64,000 nt of DNA from Camelus ferus (lineage: Eukaryota): assembly GCF_009834535.1 (NCBI RefSeq), contig NC_045696.1, forward strand, positions 15,564,001-15,628,000, written 5' to 3'. The position numbers were made by a program, and so were the translations under genes. Under the pieces are notes generated by a model that saw only the letters and a list, made by a program, of their open reading frames with translations, made no database searches and was not told the origin of the DNA. This document shows, piece after piece, positions 50,476-62,626 of the stretch (position 1 is its first letter; each line of letters starts with the position of its first letter).

Positions 50476-53286
50476 TAAATAAATCAAATTCAGATGTGGC
50501 TCAAAGATTAAAGCCATGCATCTAAATTTAATGCACAGTAATTAGGAGCTAGAAATGGCACATTATCTTTTTCTAAATAAAATTAAATATAGCCTTAAGC
50601 CCTACTGACTGCCATTTATAAGAAATCTAAACACCTAGCTTCAAGTTCTGTGTCAATTATACTGAAAAATTTCTCTTAGGCTTATTTTATTGTCATATGT
50701 AGGGGGCTTGGTTGATTGGTTCTAAAAATAAACTCTCTTGATGTCAGGCTTTGTATTTAAAAAACCTTACCACCCGGCAGGTAACTCCTCTGTTGAGAAG
50801 GGCTCAGCACTGATCTATGAGGACAGGCTTAGTCACAGAGGATAAGCCTTCAGGCAAAATAAAGAAAAGGCAGAATGGAGGTGTTAAACTGAGAGGTGGA
50901 GATGAGAGCAAAGGGCTTGGCTCTTGGCTACATCAGCCTGCGGTCTTGTAGGCAATCCCACGGCTTTTGCTTTAGGTTGGGTTATCAGCAAATCTCAGTC
51001 CTAATGAAAATGCCAACACAGGGAAACCCCACGTTGAGATGCCCTGAATTCTAGACAGACAATCTGACCAATTGTCCACATGCTCTTTCCTTCAACATTT
51101 TGGACATTTTGGAAAAAATGAACAGATAAAGATGAAAAGTTGTAAAAATGTGTCTTTGTTATGTCAGCTCTACTGGATGAAGCAAATCACTGTAAATTGG
51201 TTAAAAATAAAAAAGGAAAAAGTCTCTATTGACAAACGAATCCTAGCCTATTTCCTCTTTTTTGCATGAAGCTAGTTTTCCTTCTCTTTATTCTTTCATC
51301 AAAAATTAAGTATATGAAATATATTGAAATTTAAAAATACAATGGCAAAGAGTATGTGAACCTAGTGATTTTTCATCTCTTTGTAAGTAAAGCTTCAATA
51401 AAATAACAAACCAGAATTTTGCATGCCCTACTCATAAGTCCACAGAAATAGGGTCAAGGTGCCTTGAGTAGACCTGAATACGACTTCATGAACCTTTATG
51501 TGTACAGGTATTTGACAGTTGTAACTGCCTTTAGATTTCATGAAATTTCACATACTATGGAGAGGAGGTAGAGTCCCTGACATTTTTTGTCTCCTACAAG
51601 CAAGGTTTTTCAGCATTTAGTAGCGCCTGCAAGGAGGACTGGGGCGGCCCACCTTGTACAGCCAGGATGGATCAGTGCTAATTTCTCTTTCCCTAGAAGT
51701 CTACGTGGGATTGGACCTTTAGGAGGTAACAAATTAAGTTAACTTTACACAGTTCTCAATTTTATCATTAATTTTAAAAACCAAATTATTTATCATATGT
51801 TTCTATTTTCCCAGTATTAAAAGGATTGAAGAGAGTTATTTGGCAAGAATGGCACAATAAAAATAACAAGATTGAAGAGGGATAAAACAAAATTAAAAGG
51901 AGAAAAGCAAATGTACTATGCCTTAGTACTGGTATAAGTCTAACTACACATCTTAGAGCGAACAGGAAAATGTTTTATATCATAACTCTCTTTACTTGAG
52001 AGAGGGAAATATATTATTTCCTCAGTCATACAAAGCCTTCAGGTGTCCCAAATGCTTACACGCGTTTCCTCCTGGGACATGAGGTTGGAGCTGCAGAGAG
52101 ATGCAGTACACAAAGTCCATAAGGGTAGTATTATAGCAGGTTCAGCTCCCATTTTCAGTGGCTTTGGCAGGAAGTCTAAAGCTGCCCACTAGAATGCAGT
52201 CCAGTGGAGGTGAATCTATTACGCACTTCAAGCACTGTAACTGAAATATACAGCCATCATATCGGAGTTTGATCCAAAGCTTGCATGTGAATTACTTTGA
52301 AAGGTGGCCATACAGCTTATCTCCTAAATTATCTTCCAGGAATGTCTTTTCTTTCTACCAGGACTCTGAGAGATGTTTTATGCCAGACAGGGTAGCAGGA
52401 TAATTTCACCCAGGACTGGAATAAGAAGTATGCTCTACTGTTAACTAGGGAGAGTAGCTTAAGTTTCTTAGATTTGGAAACCAAGCACTGTGTGAAATAC
52501 TAGGGCAGGTGAACTGCCAGGGTGTAACCAGCACAACCAGCCTCTTAGGAAATAAATTATGTCTCCTCCAGTTCCTGCCTTCCTGCTTGGATGAGGACTC
52601 AAAGTTCCTCACCGTGAAGCATGACGAACATGGTTTTACTTTGAAAAAGGACCATAGCGTCTGCTGCCAGACACCCACCAGGACAGTTGTAAAACCTCAG
52701 TAACGCAAGAGAATAAGAACCGAGTTCTAAGAATGTGATCTCCCCATGGGCCTGCAAAGCTGTTTTACTACTACAAAAGGCAGTTTTATGAAGCTGATCA
52801 AATAAATCATCTAAAAAGAGTGACTTGTACTGACTACTTAATGAGTACAGTTCAATACACTTAAAAAGCATCTTTCCAAGACAACTTTTCAAAAGCAATG
52901 TTAATTAATGTTTTGGAAATTAAAAAAACAAATAGCCAAGCCATTGTTTCTTTAGGCCATTCCTGTTTCATCGTAATAAAACAAGCAGATAGTGTACAGG
53001 AAAAAACTTCTTCTCAGCTCCATTTTAAGAGACTCAAACATTCAATTAATGTAAAACTAGTGTCAAACATTAGGTTATAAAATTTATATAAGATATAAAC
53101 TTAAAAGGAGAGACCGAGACACACCTTTGCTTTGGGTTGTAGAATTTTACATAATTTACAGAGTCACTAATTATGCAAGTTACAGACACTTTTTATTATT
53201 TGATTTTCTCAATTTCTTTCCACCATAGCTCCAATATGCAAAACATCTCAAGAAGTAAGTTTTAAGGGGCAATGGGGAAAGTCTAC

Positions 53287-53654
53287 TCTATTAGTCAGCT
53301 TGGGCTGCCATGGCAAAAATACCATAAACTAAGTGGTTTAAACAACAAAAATTTATTTCTCACAGTTCCGGAGGCTGGAAGTCTGAAATCTGGGTACCAG
53401 CATGATGGGATTCTGGTGAGGGCTCACATCCTGTCTTGCAGACTGCCACCTTCTGGCTGTGTCTTCACACGGCAGAGGAAGCCCAAGCAAGTACTTTGGT
53501 GTCTCTTCTTAAAAGGGCACCAGTCCCATCATGACAGCCCCATTCCCATGACCTATTCTGACTCTAATTACCTTCCAAAGGCTCCATGTCCAATTACCAT
53601 CATACTGGGATTTAGGGTTTCAGCCTGTGCATTTTGGACATTCAGTCCGTAACA
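53287..53654 (-). mobile_element. MLT1A/B-like MaLR solo LTR
   Basis: tattagtcagcttgggctgccatggcaaaaataccataaact...tttatttctcacagttccggaggctggaagtc...cattcagtccgtaaca. Perfect 5-bp TSD tctac (53282-53286 / 53655-53659). Confidence 0.9.
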
Positions 53655-55014
53655 TCTACCAAGCTGAGATTCTAGGCAGAAGCGAAATCAAGATCAAAAC
53701 CAAGTAATGACAAGCAGAGAAACAGAAGCAGAGGTGAAGAGACAGAGTAAGAATGCTTGTGACAGAAGAACCTATGAATTAAGGCAGCTGGGTCAATTAA
53801 GACTACTCTCAGAGGAGAATGAAATCTATTTCTGGGTCCTGAGGAGCCTTAATGTCTTGCTCCAGGATCTGTTTTTAATCTGACCACCTGACTTGCAGGA
53901 GCTACCTCTCTCTCTTTAGCTGTGTATCCTTAATGTTTGTTCATATTCATAATGTGAGTTTGCTATTGACTACATAGTGTAGCAGAAGAATCTTTCCGTA
54001 TTTTTGGACCTGTCTTTGCTTAGTGTCCCCTTAGTGTCTTTAAGGACAAAGACTTATTTCTTATACCATATCTAAATGGCTGCACTAAGCAGCCAATTTC
54101 ACCCTGTAATATAATGTTAGTGTTTTCATAATTTACAGAAATTCTTCCTTTTCTCTCACATCCATTCCTCACCCTAGATCTCATTTTTTTCTCCAGCTTC
54201 ACCCTCTGGAAATTAATCTTTCTTCTTCTGGCCATGTCATTGTAGCTTTCAAATTTTTCTCTGCATAACTTTTATATATTTTACATTTAGAGTTTTAAAA
54301 TACCACTTGAGATTTTTCTTAAGCTGTGTTTTAAAGGAGAGTTTGGTTTTTTTTAAGATCAATTTTTTTTATTAGTTCAGGAAAATCATAAGTGGAATGA
54401 CAACATTTTATGCCGCCTTCCTCAAGGACATAATATTCTTAAGATGAGTTATGAAAAGTTAACATTTTGCCTTTGACTCTGTGGATAACTTTGACTCAAA
54501 GGCCATCGCCAAATGCCATCCGAAAATGTTAATTCCTGGCAGGCTAGTCTCTGAAGAAAAATCCCCACCACTCTCATATATATATATATCTTTATATATT
54601 TCCTGTGTCCTCTGTGAGGTATGACTACCTTGAAAGACACCAAAGCTTTCTTTCTGTTTTGCAGTAGATCTGTTTCAAGACAAAATCGTGGTATTTTGCC
54701 AAATATTTCTGTGATATTTTTCTGATTATAAGTAATATCTTCTCACTATGGAATATTTGGAAAATATGAAAACTATGCAATGGAAAATAAAAATCATTTG
54801 AAGGGCAGATATAAATAGCATTAACATTTCAGAGCATTTCCTTTTAGTCTCTGTGTGTGTATAAATATAGTTTACATCACATTGTGCACTGACTCCAGCG
54901 CCTTGCCATTTTGCATAGCATTATGTTAATAGTGTGTTTCCATGTCATTAAAAACATCAGAAGTGTCACCTCTAAGGAGTGTAAAACGCTATGCTGATGG
55001 TCATTTTCTCTAGT

Positions 55015-55410
55015 AGCAGCTTTATTGAGATACAATTTATATACTTAGATTCATTTAATTCACCAATTTAAACTTCCACAATTCAATGGCTTTCAGTGTA
55101 TTTATAGAGTTGTGCCAATCCAATCCATCACCACAACCAATTCTAGAATATTTTCATTACTCCATCAAAAAAAAAAAAAAACTTTTTAGCTGTCACCTCC
55201 AATTCCCCCAGCCCTCCAGCCCTAGGTAACCACAAATCTATTTTCTGTATTGATAATCCTAATGTACATTTTATGTAAATAGAATCATAGATTATGTGCT
55301 TTTTGTGACTGGCCTCCTTCACTTAGCACAGTGTTTTCAATGTTTATCCATGTTGCAGTGTACATCAGTACTAGATTCCTTTTTATGGCCAAATAATATC
55401 CTATTGTAGG
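55015..55410 (-). mobile_element. L1MB-like 3' end
   Basis: cagctttattgagatacaattt...ccagccctaggtaaccacaaatcta...ttcacttagcacagtgttttcaatgtttatccatgttg. Confidence 0.85.
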
Positions 55411-55572
55411 GCTGTGTTTTTAAGGTAAGTCTCTATAAAGCAAAGATATTGATTCTGAGCTTATCACGATTTGTTGATGGAGTTTTAAATGGTAAAGAGG
55501 ATCATTTTTTAAGCTTTTTTTTTTTTCCATATATTAATTTTTTTTTCCCATTCTCCGATGTCCTTTCTTCTC

Positions 55573-55700
55573 TATGCATTCAACAAGTACTTACAGATTA
55601 TAAAATAACTAGGCTTTGTACGGGCTTTGTGAATACAGTGTGAAACCAAATTGACACAGTTCCTGCCTTTACAATTCTGTGAGGAGCCCAACTTTTACAA
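55573..55700 (-). mobile_element. L2 3' tail
   Basis: gcattcaacaagtactta...ctaggc...aatacagtgtgaa...gacacagttcctgcc. Confidence 0.6.
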
Positions 55701-55738
55701 ACAGCTGTACAAATAAAGATAGAATCAAAATTTAAAAC

Positions 55739-56304
55739 TGAGGCAAGACCTAGCCACGCCCTCTTAGAGCACAGCTGCTGTCAAATAAAGCTGGGTTTAT
55801 TGGCTCATTGCTATGAGAGAGAACACACACCAGGGGGAGCCATGGAGCAGCTCAGTGACCGTGTCGGGGGTGGGCGTTGTAGAACTGGGGCTTCTGTGAC
55901 ATGATTTTGGAGAGAGTTCAAGAAAGCATAGTTCGGTCTGAATTGAGTGCTGTCAGAAAGCAAGGGCAATTCTATAATTGGGGTATCGCAATTTTTTATC
56001 TAAAGCCTGGGCGAGTGAAGCAGGGTAAAGCTATATTTGGTAAAGCAGCCCCAGTCACTCTTGCAGCTAAGGGAGGTGGGTGTCTGACTGCTCCGTGATT
56101 TGGACTGTGTTCTTGATTTTGGCTGTGCTCAAGCCGACATGATTAAGGAGGGGTCTTGTTTTGCTTTTGCTCCTTCTCAGTCACAGACTGGCCTTGTCTG
56201 ATGTGTTCCGTGACATTCCTGATGTCCAGCAGAATCCCGTGGCCTAGCTGTCAGAGCCAGGCCCGCTCAGCAGACTGCCACCAGGGAAACTTCTGTCTTT
56301 CTCA
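55739..56304 (-). mobile_element. Probable old solo LTR (ERV1-like, family uncertain)
   Basis: TG...CA ends, about 566 bp, minus-strand AATAAA at 55796-55801 near the 3' end. No convincing TSD. Confidence 0.5.
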
Positions 56305-57117
56305 GTATCATCTTTTGGCCACAAGTGGACAAAGCAGACCCGCAAGATATGAATGTACAATATCCAGGTCATTATCATTGCCACGAGTTTGCTGATCATA
56401 TGGTTGCTTGGAGAAGATTGTCTGTAGTTGGATTTGGGTCAGTCTTTCTTGCTCCTTTTGTTAGAGGAGGAGCCACTGAACCATCTGATGTGACAATGGC
56501 TGTGTAATAACACTTAAGATTTGGGGAAGGATCCAGCAGCCAGTTGTAACTCAGCCAGTCACAAGGGGGAGAAACTGCTGATCAATCTTTGTAAGAGAAA
56601 CTGAAGCAAGAGGTAAATTACCAAATGCGGCCGATAAAAATTTGTCACAACATTCACCTCGGTCTTTTCTACACACCTGGTTTGCTTTTTACCCCTAGTC
56701 ATGGATTTTTTTTTACTTGATCTGTAATATTTATATAGGTGCAGTCAGATGTGTTATTATAAGCATCAGCTGCCTGTTGGCTACCTAAAAGATAAGTCAA
56801 ATGCTATGCAATGCCCATGGCAATCCTGACTAATGGGTTCAAATTGTTTTGCTGGACTTTGAAAGCAGAAGTTGTGTTCTCTGTTCTCATAAACAGTAGT
56901 GATTTAAAGGGGTTTAGAATCCAGCGGAAATATAAATATTGAAAATCTCAGCAGAAGTGAACTGATGATTGTGTTCTTAAAATGGGAAACTTTTCAGAGT
57001 GGAGTTAAATAGCTGCTGAAAAGCTAGCCGGAGTGTCTCTGAAGAGAACAAATTGAATATTTTAGCCAAGACAGCCCTAATATTTATTCTTATTCCTGAT
57101 AGGCTAGACTTCACTGG

Positions 57118-57290
57118 TAGGGTTGACAAGTCTGGCTATGTAATTTGCAAGACTCAATGCAAAATGAAATCACGGCCCATTTGTTCAAGAATTATTAAGA
57201 AATTCAAGATGGCAATAGCAAAGCATTAAACTATTCTGAAATTCTAAGGGCAAGGCTATGTGATATTGCACAAATTGTGTGCCAATGAAT
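57118..57290. mobile_element. MER45A-like relic
   Basis: ctggctatgtaatttgc...caatgcaaaatgaaa...ttgttcaagaattattaagaaattcaagatggcaatagcaaagcattaaac. Confidence 0.65.
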
Positions 57291-57399
57291 GATTGTAATA
57301 ACTTCAGGGAAACTTTCTGTTAATGTTGAGTCAAGGTCCAATTTTTACAGGACTGAAATCCGGATTAATTACATAAGCTATTCACTAGAAGGAACCTAT

Positions 57400-58790
57400 A
57401 GAAAGCGATTCTGGGGCCGAGTATGCACCTTGCAGAGCTCTAACGTAAGGGAGTATAGGAAACTACACTCCATCGCCATGTTTGAGTTGACACCATGCTT
57501 CCAAAGGTTGTTGCCAGCCAGTGGGTAAGCACTTCAGTGACACCAAGGCAATGCCAATCCTAGGGTGCAGGGGACTCTGCTACTGGACACCTTTTCCTTG
57601 GGATTCCCCAATGGCCTTGCTAAACCTTCCTTAGACTACACACTGGTCTAAAAAAATTATTTTCTCCTTCACCTGGGCTCAGACTTACATGGGGTCTGAT
57701 GGGTCTCCCAGCCTCATTTTTATTCACAGGCATTTCCCCTAATAAATTTCTTTGGGTCTGCTTCTTGCAAGACCTGGACTAACACAAATGGTACCAAATG
57801 TGATCAGACCAGGGGCCGTGATCTGATGAAAGCTGTGGAGCAGTTTAACCATCATGGTGTTTCTAGGGGCAACATAGACAGGCAGCCCTCGAGATGGTGC
57901 TTCTGATCTAGAACCAAAGGAACAAGAACAGAAGAAGAGGAAGCTAATCACAATTTGCAAAATAAATGCCCTCTTGCAAAGTTCCCACAATTCATTGATT
58001 GAAGAAGTGGGTGAGGTCCTAAGAAGAAGGGCCCTGGGACACCGTGGCAAACATGTGTCGTAACTATTCTCTTAAGTTTCCTATGCCCATCTCCTCGGGT
58101 GACAGTATGCCGGATGCTGGGCAAAGGAAACTATGAAGACGTTTAGAGGAATATTGAACACAGGTTATGAGTTGACTTTGATGATCAGAGACACAAAGCA
58201 TCATCACGCTCTGCCCCTGTTAGAGCAGGGAGCCTACAGAGACCTGAAATATATGGGGTCCTGCCTTATAGTGTGCCCACTGCATCCAGGGCCGCCGAGT
58301 AGCCATTTCCCCAGTGCCTGAGTGCATCATTGCAATTGATATATATGGCAATCGAAGTAACTCTTTTATTGGGTCTCTTCTCTGTGAAGGAAAAGCTACC
58401 ATACTGGGAAAAGCCAAAAGTAAACCCGAAACTGCTCTCCCCCCTCAACACTAGCCAAGATAATAAATCAAAAACAGCCGTTTTTCCTCACCAGGACAGA
58501 CACCTATTCAGATATCGGCTTGCCTTTCCTGAGCAGACCCTCAGTTAGCATTCCTATCTGGGGGCTTCCTGGTGCACAACAATAGAATCCCACTCAGCGT
58601 GGCTCCCAACCAGCTCACAGGAGTGACCACGACGACCCACCTTCCCAGCACCCACCCTGCACCATCCAGAGGCAGCTAGCCTCAAGGAAGGCCGGACTCG
58701 CTTCTAAACGTGCAGCTGAAGCTCCAGTTCTGAGAAATCACTCCGAATAATGGGGTGCCATCCTTTAGGACAGAGTGTATCTATTATGTC
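57400..58790 (+). mobile_element. ERVL-class LTR plus PBS and an internally deleted internal region (protease and integrase remnants)
   Basis: LTR 3' end cctaataaa...tctgcttcttgcaagacctggactaacaca (57786), then tggtacc. ORF 58133 TFRGILNTGYELTLM resembles protease GLLDTGSELTLI. gacacctattcagatatcggcttgcctttcct (DTYSGYGFAFP-like) at about 58500 and caccatccagaggcagct (HHPEAA) at about 58660. Confidence 0.75.
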
Positions 58791-59519
58791 AGAGACTCCA
58801 GGAAAGGTCTTAATCCATTCTGAGAATAAACAATTACCAGAACATATTTACAGCTCCTCTTCATTTCTTATTTATACAGTCTTATCAGAAGTATGGTGCT
58901 GGGGGGTAGGCCTTGCACTGCACACATCTTCAGAAATACTCTTAAAATTACCTCATCAATGTTGAGTCAACATCACCACCGATTTATCTTTGCTATTGTA
59001 AATAATATCCTGAAGCATTTTTGCTAAACTCCAACATTATTATGTCTATCTTCTTAAGTAATAGAAAAGCATGTGAAAAAAAAAAAAAGCTGTGTCTTCC
59101 TGAGATTTTTCTGTAGAAGACAAGAAACACTACAGTAGTTGAAGTCACAGACTAGCCCCAAACCAGGCTCACTTTTAGCACAAATATTTGCTCCTTTACC
59201 TTTTGCTAGCTGGCAGATCTGTGCAAGGACAATTAAATTCATGATCTGAACTGATTTAATTTCTGGGAGTGGCTTACATTTCAATAGTAAACTTCAGATC
59301 TGTTGTAACATAACCTACCTCGCAATCTGCAGCCTTTCTTTCGAAGTTAAGCCATCAACAAACAAAACTAAATTAGAGATACTCAAGGGAGTCTCTACTG
59401 GGACTTTTGCAGGGCTTGGCGAGTCTCCTGAGAGAGGTGAGCGGTCTTGGCATTCTCCTCTTCTGGGTTTAGAGTGTTGCAGCAATGGTAGTGCAGGGGG
59501 AAAAGGTAACTAGCTGAGA

Positions 59520-59730
59520 AATTCTGAGTGTGTTCTGTCAGTAGAAGAGTCTGCATAATAAATCACTAATTTTAAGGACAAGTCTAGAACTATACCTGTT
59601 GACGTTTTCACAAGATTTGCCACTGCTTCTGTAGCTCTTGGATGTATTGGATATATCTTGGCTATTGCAGCTAATGAAAGATTGAAGTAGGCAATGGGCT
59701 TTCAATGCTTTCTGTGTTGATAGAGTAACC
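59520..59730 (-). mobile_element. Probable ancient RTE-clade LINE reverse transcriptase fragment (MamRTE-like)
   Basis: Manual frameshifted translation: PIAYFNLSLAAI / SYRSSGKSCENV / LKISDL / YAD (59549-59557) / LTEHTQ. This parallels RTE RT motifs PTLFNLFFAAM / RYRTDGKLFNL / IRELLYADD / LVAHTQ. Confidence 0.5.
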
Positions 59731-59734
59731 TGAA

Positions 59735-60120
59735 TCCATTCAGGTGTTTCTGTCCCCCAAGAATTCATATTTTGAAGTTCTAATCCCCTGTGTAGCTATA
59801 TTTGGAGTAAGGAAATAGTTATGGTAAATAAAGTCATAAGGTTGGGGCCCTGATCCAATAGGGTTAGTGTCTTTATAAGAAGAGACACCAGAGAGTTTGA
59901 CTTTCTTTCTATTCCTGTGTGTGTGCACTAAGGAAAGGCCATGTGAGTACATAGTGAGAAGGTGGCCATCTGCAAGCCAGGAAAAGAGCCCTCACCAGGA
60001 ACAACCAGGCTGGCACCCTAGGCTCAGATTTCCAGCCTCCGGAATTGTAATGAGATAAATTTCTATAGTTTAAGTCATCCACATCCAATCTGTGGTATTT
60101 TGTCATGGCAGACTAATGCA
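59735..60120 (+). mobile_element. MLT1A-like MaLR LTR
   Basis: tgtcccccaagaattcatattttgaag...gggccctgatccaatagg...gagaaggtggccatctgcaagccagg...tgtggtattttgtcatggcagactaatgca. Confidence 0.88.
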
Positions 60121-60562
60121 GTACCCCCAAACCCTGCCTAGATTCCTCATGAATAAAAATAAAAGGGAATAAAAGTTAGAAAGGAGCTGTTAGGAAAAGT
60201 AGTTTATCAGGCTGTTAACATTTTTATGAGCAAACATTTTTAATGTGTTAACACTAGTTTAATAAATTTTCTTTTAAGGTTTATTTTTATAGGTTATAGA
60301 GTTGCTAATTAGAACACCCTCAAATTACCAAGAAGTTAATATTTTTGCCAACTGAATCATATTTGAAAGAAAGGCAGAAGTTGTGCTGGGCACAGATGAA
60401 AAAATACAAAATTTTAAATATGTAGCATCATCCTTGATTAAAATGCTTTTGAAAAGAAAAATTTTTTAATTAAAAGGGGTTTATAAATCAAGAATCCTAA
60501 AAACAAAGCATTTTCATAGACACTTACTGCACCACCCTTGCACTTAAAAATGAGTATTAACA

Positions 60563-60838
60563 AGTCTGTATTCTCTGTCTGTGAGTCTATTTCTTAAGAC
60601 CACCAGACTTGTGGTTACTGGGGGGGTGGAGGGTGGGAAGGGATAGACTGGGATTTCAAAATTGTAGAACAGACTACACTGTATAGCACAGGGAAATATA
60701 CACAAAATGTTATGATAACTCACAGAGAAAAAAATGTGACAATGAGTGTGTATATGTCCATGAATAACTGAAAAATTGTGCTGAACACTGGAATTTGACA
60801 CAACATTGTAAAATGATTATAAATCAATAAAAAATGAA
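60563..60838 (+). mobile_element. Young short L1 insertion with a 33-nt inverted 5' segment
   Basis: Perfect 17-bp TSD aaaaatgagtattaaca (60546-60562 / 60839-60855) at a TT/AAAA site. 60563-60595 is antisense L1 3'UTR; the remainder is sense, ending aatcaataaaaaa. Confidence 0.92.
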
Positions 60839-61304
60839 AAAAATGAGTATTAACAGAATATTTGAGGGACATAAGGAACCTCTGCCAGTGTGGGCGTAAA
60901 ATAACTTGGGCATGCTACAGAAAAAAAGATGCAAATGTTAATTTTACTCCTTTACATTACTCATTTAACAATTTGTAGTAAAAGATTTTTTTATATACCT
61001 TTGCATAGGTTAGGCATACGAAAATTTCTAAATATATACTTGAAGCATTTGACTGTACCTTTTAAAAATGTAACTAATCAATCAGTAGGTTAAACTAAAC
61101 CAAGTACATACTACGTTCAATTTACCATCTTGATAAATGGTAATAACTTTCTTAATAAAAAAGAGAAAATCATATTCATGATCATGTATGTATATTTATA
61201 TTTCTGTAGAGAGTCAGTTATAGTATCTTTGACTGAAGTAACCAGTTGTTTTTTTCTCCAGAAACAAGAGAAAACTGGAGGGTAGACAGGGTGGAGTCAG
61301 AGCC

Positions 61305-61406
61305 TCCAGCCTAAGCCAATTGAACTGGAATCCTTGGAGGTGGGGCATTAATATCTGCATTTTAAATAAGCTCCTTTGGTGATTCCTTGCACATTAAAAT
61401 TTGGGA
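61305..61406. mobile_element. MER5A-like hAT relic
   Basis: gaatccttggaggtggggc...atctgcattttaaataagctcc...ggtgattccttgcacattaaaatttggga. Confidence 0.7.
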
Positions 61407-62110
61407 TGTGATCCCTGTATGGGATAAAGGGATGGGAGAATGAAGGGTAATGGGCCAGGAGAGAGAAGAAAGGATTTGAATAGAGATAAAAAGACTGACC
61501 AGAACGACTGATTCTTACGGGGCTGTTTCAAGGGCTTTATTTAGTCCTGTCGGCTAGATATTACTGAGAAACAGGGATTCTACAATATCCTTCAGGGCTC
61601 ACCATGAAGTTATCAGCTCTAATTGGCTCCCCTAATAAATATTCAACTAGCAAGACTTCAGTAAAGAGAGAATTCTATTTTTAAAAAAAATGTAAATCTT
61701 GTGGGAATTTATATATGAATAAACCAGAAAATGTCAAAGGAAACAGGAGAATTTCTCTTACTATTGCCTTGAATGATTGCAAGCTTAGCAAAAAAGCTGA
61801 GCATGGATCTGAAATATAAGACAAAGGCAGCAGGCGTTCTATTCATTGGAATCTGAATATTGGTTTTCTTGCTCTTGACATTCTTTTGAAAGAATCACAA
61901 TCCAAGATAGTGAGTCTATTTGAGTCAAAAACAGACATACTCAGGGAGAGAGACGTGCAAATGTGGGGTGGGGTGATGCATGCCCATCTGAAGTGGTCCT
62001 GCCCACACTCATGGTACCATATGGGTGATCATTTATAAGAGAGGGCGGTGGAAAGAACAGGTTGATGTCCATGTCAACTCTTGGCCATGAGGCTGAAGAG
62101 GACCTGGGGG

Positions 62111-62311
62111 CAGGGCTGCATAATGACATTTTGAGTCCTAGGAGCTTTTGTCTTGGTGGTCCCTTTTCTCCGTAAAAGAATATCAGAAACTTCATTTGGT
62201 GACTATGTTAGTATATAAACAGATACAATCCAGGCTGATTTCATTATAACCCTGAAATCATCATGGGTCCTGGCACTGTGTCTCTTCTGCCTACGGGGTC
62301 AGTCAGCCCTG
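62111..62311. mobile_element. hAT MITE (MER96B-like) with terminal inverted repeats
   Basis: cagggctg (62111-62118) and cagccctg (62304-62311) are exact inverted repeats; the interior resembles MER96B. Confidence 0.7.
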
Positions 62312-62484
62312 GGCCAGAGGACATAGCAGTGGTCAGAAAAGAAGCCACAGTGGGAGGACACCCGAAGTCTGAGACTGAAGAGTCTCACTGCTCAAGGACA
62401 ACAGAAAGATGATTTTTAAGAAAAGAAAGGAAATATACAGTAATGATCAGGTAAACAGCTCCCCAGGAGAAGGGGACAAAAGCC

Positions 62485-62626
62485 CTGACTGTAGCTTTTG
62501 CCAGTTTCTAAGGTGCAAATACCCTCTTTCTGTCCATTTGTGAGCTGCCAACGGTTTAGCAACCAGTTCCAAAATTTCTTGGGTATTTATCAATCCAGTC
62601 TTGCTGGCCTGTATGAGCGCGCACTG
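62485..62626. mobile_element. MER63-like hAT relic
   Basis: gtagcttttgccagtttctaaggtgcaaatac...gctgccaacggtttagcaaccagttccaaaatt. Confidence 0.55.

Noticed and set aside
51830..52440. Possible L4/RTE-X LINE remnant
   Set aside because: Vague resemblance only; I could not recover protein motifs.
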